This document shows positions 41,001 to 51,220 of a stretch of 64,000 nt of DNA, piece after piece (within the stretch, counting starts at the first letter, position 1; every line of letters begins with the position of its first letter). The translations under genes and the position numbers were made by a program. Origin of the DNA: Eledone cirrhosa (lineage: Eukaryota); the NCBI GenBank assembly GCA_964016885.1, contig OZ024740.1:435984001-436048000 (forward strand), read 5' to 3'. A model generated the notes under the pieces. The model saw only the letters and a program-made list of their open reading frames with translations, was not told the DNA's origin and did no database searches.

Positions 41001-44000
41001 TGAGGCATTATATATCATCTACCTGTCACCCACCTTGTGGATTGTCTCTCTCTATTGACCACTGGCTACTAGACTCTGGCCTCTGAGGCATTATATATCA
41101 TCTACCTGTCACCCACCTTGTGGATTGTCTCTCTCTATTGACCACTGGCTACTAGACTCTGTCCTCTGAGGGATTATATATCATCTACCTGTCACCCACC
41201 TTGTGGATTGTCTCTCTCTATTGACCACTGGCTACTAGACTCTGTCCTCTGAGGCATTATATATCATCTACCTGTCACCCACCTTGTGGATTGTCTCTCT
41301 CTATTGACCACTGGCTACTAGACTCTGTCCTCTGAGGCATTATATATCATCTACCTGTCACCCACCTTGTGGATTGTCTCTCTCTATTGACCACTGGCTA
41401 CTAGACTCTGGCCTCTGAGACATTATATATCATCTACCTGTCACCCACCTTGTGGATTATCTCTCTCTGTTGACCACTGACTACCAGACTCTGTCCTCTG
41501 AGACATTATATATCATCTACCTGTCACCCACCTTGTGGATTGTCTCTCTCTGTTGACCACTGGCTACTAGACTCTGGCCTCTGAGACATTATATATCATC
41601 TACCTGTCACCCACCTTGTGGATTATCTCTCTCTGTTGACCACTGGCTACTAGACTCTGTCCTCTGAGACATTATATATCATCTACCTGTCCCCCACCTT
41701 GTGGATTGTCTCTCTCTATTGACCACTGGCTACTAGACTCTGTCCTCTGAGACATTATATATCATCTACCTGTCACCCACCTTGTGGATTGTCTCTCTGT
41801 TGACCACTGGCTACTAGACTCTGTCCTCTGAGACATTATATATCATCTACCTGTCCCCCACCTTGTGGATTGTCTCTCTCTATTGACCACTGGCTACTAG
41901 ACTCTGTCCTCTGAGACATTATATATCATCTACCTGTCACCCACCTTGTGGATTGTCTCTCTCTGTTGACCACTGGCTACTAGACTCTGTCCTCTGAGAC
42001 ATTATATATCATCTACCTGTCACCCACCTTGTGGATTGTCTCTCTCTGTTGACCACTGGCTACTAGACTCTGTCCTCTGAGGGATTATATATCATCTACC
42101 TGTCACCCACCTTGTGGATTGTCTCTCTGTTGACCACTGGCTACTAGACTCTGGCCTCTGAGACATTATATATCATCTACCTGTCACCCACCTTGTGGAT
42201 TGTCTCTCTGTTGACCACTGGCTACTAGACTCTGTCCTCTGAGACATTATATATCATCTACCTGTCCCCCACCTTGTGGATTGTCTCTCTCTGTTGACCA
42301 CTGGCTACTAGACTCTGGCCTCTGAGACATTATATATCATCTACCTGTCACCCACCTTGTGGATTGTCTCCCTGTTGACCACTGGCTACTAGACTCTGGC
42401 CTCTGAGACATTATATATCATCTACCTGTCACCCACCTTGTGGATTGTCTCTCTGTTGACCACTGGCTACTAGACTCTGTCCTCTGAGACATTATATATC
42501 ATCTACCTGTCCCCCACCTTGTGGATTGTCTCTCTCTGTTGACCACTGGCTACTAGACTCTGGCCTCTGAGACATTATATATCATCTACCTGTCACCCAC
42601 CTTGTGGATTGTCTCCCTGTTGACCACTGGCTACTAGACTCTGGCCTCTGAGACATTATATATCATCTACCTGTCACCCACCTTGTGGATTGTCTCTCTG
42701 TTGACCACTGGCTACTAGACTCTGTCCTCTGAGACATTATATATCATCTACCTGTCCCCCACCTTGTGGATTGTCTCTCTCTGTTGACCACTGGCTACTA
42801 GACTCTGGCCTCTGAGACATTATATATCATCTACCTGTCCCCCACCTTGTGGATTGTCTCTCTGTTGACCACTGGCTACTAGACTCTGTCCTCTGAGACA
42901 TTATATATCATCTACCTGTCACCCACCTTGTGGATTGTCTCTCTGTTGACCACTGGCTACTAGACTCTGTCCTCTGAGACATTATATATCATCTACCTGT
43001 CACCCACCTTGTGGATTGTCTCTCTCTGTTGACCACTGGCTACTAGACTCTGTCCTCTGAGACATTATATATCATCTATCTGTCACCCACCTTGTGGATT
43101 GTCTCTCTCTGTTGACCACTGGCTACTAGACTCTGGCCTCTGAGACATTATATATCATCTACCTGTCCCCCACTTTGTGGATTATCTCTCTGTTGACCAC
43201 TGGCTACTAGACTCTGTCCTCTGAGACATTATATATCATCTACCTGTCCCCCACCTTGTGGATTGTCTCTCTCTGTTGACCACTGGCTACTAGACTCTGG
43301 CCTCTGAGACATTATATATCATCTACCTGTCACCACCTTGTGGATTGTCTCTCTCTGTTGACCACTGGCTACTAGACTCTGTCCTCTGAGACATTATATA
43401 TCATCTACCTGTCACCCACCTTGTGGATTGTCTCTCTCTGTTGACCACTGGCTACTAGACTCTGTCCTCTGAGACATTATATATCATCTACCTGTCACCC
43501 ACCTTGTGGATTGTCTCTCTCTATTGACCACTGGCTACTAGACTCTGTCCTCTGAGACATTATATATCATCTACCTGTCCCCCACCTTGTGGATTGTCTC
43601 TCTCTGTTGACCACTGGCTACTAGACTCTGTCCTCTGAGACATTATATATCATCTATCTGTCACCCACCTTGTGGATTGTCTCTCTCTGTTGACCACTGG
43701 CTACTAGACTCTGGCCTCTGAGACATTATATATCATCTACCTGTCCCCCACTTTGTGGATTATCTCTCTGTTGACCACTGGCTACTAGACTCTGTCCTCT
43801 GAGACATTATATATCATCTACCTGTCCCCCACTTTGTGGATTGTCTCTCTCTGTTGACCACTGGCTACTAGACTCTGGCCTCTGAGACATTATATATCAT
43901 CTACCTGTCACCACCTTGTGGATTGTCTCTCTCTGTTGACCACTGGCTACTAGACTCTGTCCTCTGAGACATTATATATCATCTACCTGTCACCCACCTT

Positions 44001-45619
44001 GTGGATTGTCTCTCTCTGTTGACCACTGGCTACTAGACTCTGTCCTCTGAGACATTATATATCATCTACCTGTCACCCACCTTGTGGATTGTCTCTCTCT
44101 ATTGACCACTGGCTACTAGACTCTGTCCTCTGAGACATTATATATCATCTACCTGTCCCCCACCTTGTGGATTGTCTCTCTCTGTTGACCACTGGCTACT
44201 AGACTCTGTCCTCTGAGACATTATATATCATCTACCTGTCCCCCACCTTGTGGATTGTCTCTCTCTGTTGACCACTGGCTACTAGACTCTGGCCTCTGAG
44301 GCATTATATATCATCTACCTGTCCCCCACTTTGTGGATTGTCTCTCTCTGTTGACCACTGGCTACTAGACTCTGTCCTCTGAGGCATTATATATCATCTA
44401 CCTGTCACCCACCTTGTGGATTGTCTCTCTCTGTTGACCACTGGCTACTAGACTCTGTCCTCTGAGACATTATATATCATCTACCTGTCACCCACCTTGT
44501 GGATTGTCTCTCTCTGTTGACCACTGGCTACTAGACTCTGTCCTCTGAGGCATTATATATCATCTACCTGTCACCCACCTTATGGATTGTCTCTCTGTTG
44601 ACCACTGGCTACTAGACTCTGGCCTCTGAGACATTATATATCATCTATCTGTCACCCACCTTGTGGATTGTCTCTCTCTGTTGACCACTGGCTACTAGAC
44701 TCTGTCCTCTGAGACATTATATATCATCTACCTGTCACCCACCTTGTGGATTGTCTCTCTCTGTTGACCACTGGCCGCTGGTCTCTGTCCTCTGAGGCAT
44801 TATATATCATCTACCTGTCACCCACCTTGTGGATTGTCTCTCTCTGTTGACCACTGGCTACTAGACTCTGGCCTCTGAGACATTATATATCATCTACCTG
44901 TCACCCACCTTGTGGATTGTCTCTCTGTTGACCACTGGCTACTAGACTCTGTCCTCTGAGACATTATATATCATCTACCTGTCACCCACCTTGTGGATTG
45001 TCTCTCTCTGTTGACCACTGGCTACTAGACTCTGTCCTCTGAGACATTATATATCATCTATCTGTCACCCACCTTGTGGATTGTCTCTCTCTGTTGACCA
45101 CTGGCTACTAGACTCTGGCCTCTGAGGCATTATATATCATCTACCTGTCACCCACCTTGTGGATTGTCTCTCTCTGTTGACCACTGGCTACTAGACTCTG
45201 TCCTCTGAGACATTATATATCATCTACCTGTCACCCACCTTGTGGATTGTCTCTCTCTGTTGACCACTGGCTACTAGACTCTGTCCTCTGAGACATTATA
45301 TATCATCTACCTGTCACCCACCTTGTGGATTGTCTCTCTCTGTTGACCACTGGCTACTAGACTCTGTCCTCTGAGACATTATATATCATCTACCTGTCAC
45401 CCACCTTGTTGATTGTCTCTCTCTGTTGACCACTGGCTACTAGACTCTGGCCTCTGAGGCATTATATATCATCTACCTGTCACCCACCTTGTGGATTGTC
45501 TCTCTCTGTTGACCACTGGCTACTAGACTCTGTCCTCTGAGACATTATATATCATCTACCTGTCACCCACCTTGTTGATTGTCTCTCTCTGTTGACCACT
45601 GGCTACTAGACTCTGGCCT
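23067..45619. repeat. Satellite B, 83-bp monomer (ACCTGTCACCCACCTTGTGGATTGTCTCTCTCTGTTGACCACTGGCTACTAGACTCTGTCCTCTGAGRCATTATATATCATCT), roughly 270 copies
   Basis: Period of 83 read directly (e.g. TACCTG at 23232 and 23315). Both array boundaries lie inside the window. Confidence 0.98.
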
Positions 45620-45664
45620 ATGGTTGTTCCAGCAATGAGTGTTCTCATTTTTATATGTATTCAT

Positions 45665-46066
45665 ATCTTCATCATTGTTTAACGTCCATCTTGAATGCTA
45701 GCATGGGTTAGCTGGGTTTGTCCCACTTGAGGCAAGGTTGGTTGAGTGACCGTGTCTCACTAGCATAGAGCTGTATCTGGCAGGTTTCCTACAGCTGGAT
45801 GCCCTTCCTAATGCCAACCTCATTTACAGTGTGAACTGGGAGCCTTTTTACCGTGTCTCCCACATGACCACTTTACAGGGTGGACTAGGTGCTTTTTCTC
45901 GTGACACCTACAAAACCACTTTACAGGGTGAACTGGGAGCCTTTTTACCGTGTCTCCCACACGACCACTTTACAGGGTGGACTGGGTGCTTTTTCTCGTG
46001 ACACCTACACGACCACTTTTCAGTGTGGACTGGGTGCTTTTTCTCGTGACACCTACATGACCACTT
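45665..46066 (-). mobile_element. RTE-LINE 3'UTR fragment (diverged subfamily) with an internal 48/49-bp repeat x5
   Basis: catcattgtttaacgtcc..atgctagcatgggttag and ctacagctggatgcccttcctaa..caacctcatttacagtg are reverse complements of motifs in the two plus-strand copies. Tandem units span 45823-46066. Confidence 0.85.
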
Positions 46067-46208
46067 GAGATCTGGATCTAGATGTTGAAAAGGCTGGAAC
46101 TTAGCCATTGGGGTCCTGAACCTTTTCCTATTTCCTACTCTACTACCCTAATTATTGAGTACTCTGGTGTGGTATGGTCCACCTGGTTCCTTACCACACT
46201 TTCTTTGT

Positions 46209-46365
46209 TATATATATATATATATATATACATATATACACATATATATATATATTTACAGGTCGATACGCAATAAATATTTTTCATATATAAACGAAAC
46301 TTCCTCGTTTTTTCTATTATATATATATATATATATGATGATGATGATGATGATGATGATATATA
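46209..46365. repeat. (TA)n and (TGA)n microsatellites
   Basis: TA-rich runs at ~46209-46256 and ~46318-46336, followed by (TGA)8. Confidence 0.9.
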
Positions 46366-46520
46366 GATATAACATTAATTATATAAAGGTAAAGAATACT
46401 TAATTTGTTGATTAAATACTATTGTTTAGAGATTAAGTAATTTTGAAATAAAATAGCAGTTGATTATTGTAATCATGTAACTACTAATTAGTCTGGCTAA
46501 TTAATGAGATTTATAATGTA

Positions 46521-47179
46521 CTAGCAGTAAAGCCCGGCGTTGCTCGGGGTCACTCAGTAGCTGTGTTAAAGTTACAATGTTAAGTTTCTTTTTTGGCTTA
46601 AAGTCTGTCTGCACGACTGTCTGTCTGCACGCCTAAGGAAATTTACAGATACATATATTTTAAATGAACTTATATAATTTTTGCTTTTTTTTACGAAATA
46701 TTTGCTTGTTTTACGTAGTCTTTAAATAGACTTGTTTTCAAGTAAAAATATTGTTTTAAAAGGCTTTTAAATGGAAATGAAGCAAAACGGAAGCTTAGTG
46801 TTCGAACTGATGAATTTTGCAGGTCAAAATTTTGCTGGCTCGACAACTGTTCGTGTATTGTGTTAATGTCATTTTAAACGCTGAGAAAGCCAGCGTAATT
46901 TTTTTAATTTTTGCACGCAGAAAATGTAAACAGAACGTAAGACGCTCAATGTAAACAGAACAAAGGGAAATAACTCGTCACTTGCGCTCAAAAATCGATA
47001 CATTAGATTCGATTTCGTCACATAGGGTGGGTCAATTTGAAATATTTTTTTCCGATGTCTTCGCTAGGGCTCAATGTACAAGTATAGCAATTTCGGTGCA
47101 ATTCCGTCAGAGATTCTAAGAGGAGATGTGTGCCAAAAATCGATAGACAGACAGACAACCACAGCTTTATATATATAGA
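46521..47179 (-). mobile_element. Complete non-autonomous Helitron (659 bp)
   Basis: Minus strand starts TCTATATATATAAAG and ends CTAG. A GC-rich hairpin CCCGAGCAACGCCGGG (46533-46548) lies 8 nt before CTAG. Inserted between A and T with no TSD; (GTCT)n near the 5' end. All are canonical Helitron hallmarks. Confidence 0.88.
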
Positions 47180-47207
47180 TTAAATATATGTCTGTTGAAA
47201 CGAGAAT

Positions 47208-47307
47208 ATAATAATAATAATAATAATAATAATAGTGGTGGTGACTATAATAAGGAAGCTTACAAAGGCAGTTAATAATAATGATGGTGGTGGTGGTGGT
47301 GGTGGTG
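47208..47307. repeat. (AAT)n and (GGT)n microsatellites
   Basis: (AAT)n at ~47208-47234 and (GGT)n at ~47286-47307. Confidence 0.85.
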
Positions 47308-47349
47308 GAGTAAATAAATTACTTGGGTGAATTATAATTTAGAGATGAC

Positions 47350-47353
47350 ATCT

Positions 47354-47415
<62 letters not shown>

Positions 47416-47515
47416 GTATATATATCTATATATATATATGTATGTATATGTATGTATATATATATATGTATATATATCTATATATATATGTATGTATAGG
47501 TATGTATATATATAT
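47350..47515. repeat. Compound (TA)n/(TATG)n microsatellite
   Basis: Direct reading. Confidence 0.95.
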
Positions 47516-48120
47516 GTCAGGTCACCAGTTGGTGCTACTGGTAACATGTATCCCAGTACAACCTGTCTCATGGTCGGGTCGTTGGCGACTAAACTGGCAA
47601 TCCCACCAAGGTTTCTTGGTGAGGAGGGTGACTTTGGACATCCTGCAGGACTAAAAACAAAACCTGTCAAAGGGCAAAGGAGCTCTTAAGAGTCAATGGC
47701 CATCCAAAATCACTGGGAGAGATGACCCCTTAGCCTTTGTCAAGGCAGAATTCTAGGAGAAGGAAAACTCTGATATAACACCTGCAACTCTGATGGTATC
47801 CAATGATGTTGACTTGTTCTTCTTTTTGGTAAATATCATCTTGGTTAAGAGAGTGGGACTGGCTTTGTGCAGTGCCTTTGCTCACTATAAAAGCTTCACG
47901 GCACAGGCATTGCTTTATATCTGGAGATCTCTCTGCACTTGTCGTCACATGGTACCATGGGCCTAGCACTGTGTCAATAATTGTCACAGGTGTAGTGTTT
48001 GTACCAGAGTTTTTCAAGTCGCTGGCTGGACTAAAGTCACATTCGTTCAGTGCATTGGTAGGAGTTCTCCTACATGGATATAAAGTAGTGGCCGTACTCG
48101 AAAATGAGTTGGCAGCCACC
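47516..48120. mobile_element. 605-bp hairpin-rich interspersed element between TA microsatellites, possibly a non-LTR retroelement 5' region or SINE-like element
   Basis: Sharp boundaries with TA tracts on both sides and many short stems. CTAGGAGAAGGAAAACTCTGA (47753-47773) resembles a motif I recall from RTE-type 5'UTRs. Family not established. Confidence 0.5.
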
Positions 48121-48171
48121 ATATATATATGTATATGTATGTATATGTATGTATGTATATGTATGTATATG

Positions 48172-48235
<64 letters not shown>

Positions 48236-48374
48236 GATATGTATGTATGTGTATATATATATATATATGTATGGATATGTATGTATATGTATGTATATGT
48301 ATGTATATATATATATATGTATGTATATGTATGTATATATATATATGTATATGTATGTATATATATATATATAT

Positions 48375-48422
<48 letters not shown>

Positions 48423-48756
48423 ATCTATATATATGTATGTATATAAATGTATATGTAAATATGTATGTATATATATATATGTATTTATGTATATATATAT
48501 ATGTATGTATGTGTATATATATATATGTATGTATTTATGTATATATATGTATGTATATGTATATATATATATGTATGTACATGTATGTATGTATGTGTAT
48601 ATATATATATGTATGTATTTATGTATATGTATATATATGTATGTATATATATATATGTATGTACATGTATGTATGTATGTGTATATATATATATGTATGT
48701 ATTTATGTATATGTATATATATGTATGTATATGTATATATATATATATGTATGTAC

Positions 48757-48810
<54 letters not shown>

Positions 48811-48815
48811 GTATG

Positions 48816-48868
<53 letters not shown>

Positions 48869-48873
48869 GTATG

Positions 48874-48932
<59 letters not shown>

Positions 48933-48994
48933 GTATATATATGTATATATATATATATATATATATGTATATGTATGTATATATATATATGTAT
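48121..48994. repeat. ~870-bp compound (TA)n/(TATG)n microsatellite
   Basis: Direct reading; it is the source of the YI/YM-rich spurious ORFs. Confidence 0.97.
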
Positions 48995-49696
48995 GGGCAG
49001 ACTGTATGATGTGTGTATCCGAACAGCAATGTTGCATGGTAGTGAGACCTGGGCGCTGAAGGTGGAAGACTTACGTAGATTAGAGAGAAACGAAGCCTGC
49101 ATGCTCCGATGGATGTGTAACAGTAATATACGTGAACGACAAAGCATAAATGAATTGAGAGAGAGACTGAGCATAAGAGGAATCAAATGCTGTGTGCAGG
49201 AGAGGCGGTTGCGCTGGTATGGACATGTGATGCGTATGAAGGATGACAGCTGCATAAAAAGGTGCAGAGCACTAGAAGTTGATGGAAATCGCGGAGTAGG
49301 GAGACCTAAGATGACCTGGGATGAAGTGATAAAAGCCGACCTTACCCAACTACACCTCTCAAAGGCAATGACACACAACCGTGACCTCTGGCGTCACGCA
49401 GTAATACAGAAGACCCCCCCCCCACACCCACGGGTACAAGCTGGAGCATATGGACAATATGCCCCCACACCCCCACTGCAAGGTGGTCGTAGAGGTGCCA
49501 CGGCAAAAAAGCACCCAGTACTCACTGTAAATGAGGTTGATGTTAGGAAGGGCATCCAGCTGTAGAAATCAAGCCAGATCAGTTCCTGTATGAGCAAGAC
49601 ATGGTCAGCCGACCAGACACTGCCCACAACAGGACAACCCGTCTAACCCATGCTAGCGTGGAAGAACGGACGTAAAACGGTGATGATGATGATGAT
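48995..49696 (+). mobile_element. 5'-truncated RTE-clade LINE: RT C-terminal region, 3'UTR and (GAT)n tail
   Basis: Frame from 48996 reads [21 protein letters not shown]...MLRWMC...[12 protein letters not shown]...[16 protein letters not shown]-like, LRWxGHV and GRP motifs are typical of the RTE ORF C-terminus. Frame open to 49565; tail ends 49696. Confidence 0.93.
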
Positions 49697-49908
49697 CTGC
49701 ATAACAATAATTAATCATTGTCCTCATCACCATCACCACCACCATTGTCATAGTTGGATGGGTCTACATAGACCAAGTCAGTACTGAACTGGTGCTGACT
49801 GACCTCCCAGACAGGCCACGGTTCTGTTGTCTCACTTATGTATGGTCTCATCTTCTACAGAGTGCACAGTGGAGGTTGTCATGTCTTTCACACTCCTCCG
49901 ACTCATAT

Positions 49909-51203
49909 GGACAGTTCTGTCAACATATTTACTACAGTAACATATAAGGACAGTTGTGTCAACATATTTACTACAGTAACATATAAGGACAGTTGTGTCA
50001 ACATATTTACTACAGTAACATATAAGGACAGTTGTGTCAACATATTTACTACAGTAACATATAAGGAGAGTTGTGTCAACATATTTACTACAGTAACATA
50101 TAAGGACAGTTGTGTCAACATATTTACTACACTAACATATAAGGACAGTTGTGTCAACATATTTACTACAGTAACATATAAGGACAGTTGTGTCAACATA
50201 TTTACTACAGTAACATATAAGGACAGTTGTGTCAACATATTTACTACAGTAACATATAAGGACAGTTGTGTCAACATATTTACTACAGTAACATATAAGG
50301 AGAGTTGTGTCAACATATTTACTACAGTAACATATAAGGAGAGTTGTGTCAACATATTTACTACAGTAACATATAAGGACAGTTGTGTCAACATATTTAC
50401 TACAGTAACATATAAGGACAGTTGTGTCAACATATTTACTACAGTAACATATAAGGAGAGTTGTGTCAACATATTTACTACAGTAACATATAAGGACAGT
50501 TGTGTCAACATATTTACTAGAGTAACATATAAGGACAGTTGTGTCAACATATTTACTACAGTAACATATAAGGACAGTTGTGTCAACATATTTACTACAG
50601 TAACATATAAGGAGAGTTGTGTCAACATATTTACTACAGTAACATATAAGGACAGTTGTGTCAACATATTTACTACAGTAACATATAAGGACAGTTGTGT
50701 CAACATATTTACTACAGTAACATATAAGGACAGTTGTGTCAACATATTTACTACAGTAACATATAAGGAGAGTTGTGTCAACATATTTACTACAGTAACA
50801 TATAAGGACAGTTGTGTCAACATATTTACTACAGTAACATATAAGGAGAGTTGTGTCAACATATTTACTACAGTAACATATAAGGACAGTTGTGTCAACA
50901 TATTTACTACAGTAACATATAAGGAGAGTTGTGTCAACATATTTACTACAGTAACATATAAGGAGAGTTGTGTCAACATATTTACTACAGTAACATATAA
51001 GGTCAGTTGTGTCAACATATTTACTACAGTAACATATAAGGACAGTTGTGTCAACATATTTACTACAGTAACATATAAGGACAGTTGTGTCAACATATTT
51101 ACTACAGTAACATATAAGGAGAGTTGTGTCAACATATTTACTACAGTAACATATAAGGACAGTTGTGTCAACATATTTACTACAGTAACATATAAGGACA
51201 GTT
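49909..51203. repeat. Satellite C, 39-bp monomer (GGACAGTTGTGTCAACATATTTACTACAGTAACATATAA), about 33 copies
   Basis: Very homogeneous; main variant GGACAG/GGAGAG. The 39-bp (13-codon) period explains three long ORFs. Confidence 0.98.
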
Positions 51204-51220
51204 ATAAACCAGTTATAAAC

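Noticed and set aside
23067-45619. Satellite B as another hAT end plus TSD (TTGACCACTG-GCTACTAG)
   Set aside because: No matching opposite TIR in the monomer, and the 8-mer lacks a central TA.
46155-46208. STWFLT peptide resembling the downstream EVI5 motif SSWFLT
   Set aside because: Surrounding residues do not match and no proper splice sites were seen. The segment is a small GTGTGGTA/TACCACAC hairpin running into TA repeat.
47740-47800. Hammerhead ribozyme core (CTGAT.., GAAA)
   Set aside because: No CTGANGA with correctly placed stems and a GAAA/NUH site could be assembled.
47327-49378. Long YI/YM/IH-rich ORFs on both strands
   Set aside because: Translations of TA/TATG microsatellite that lacks stop codons. 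Only the RTE part from 48996 is protein-like.
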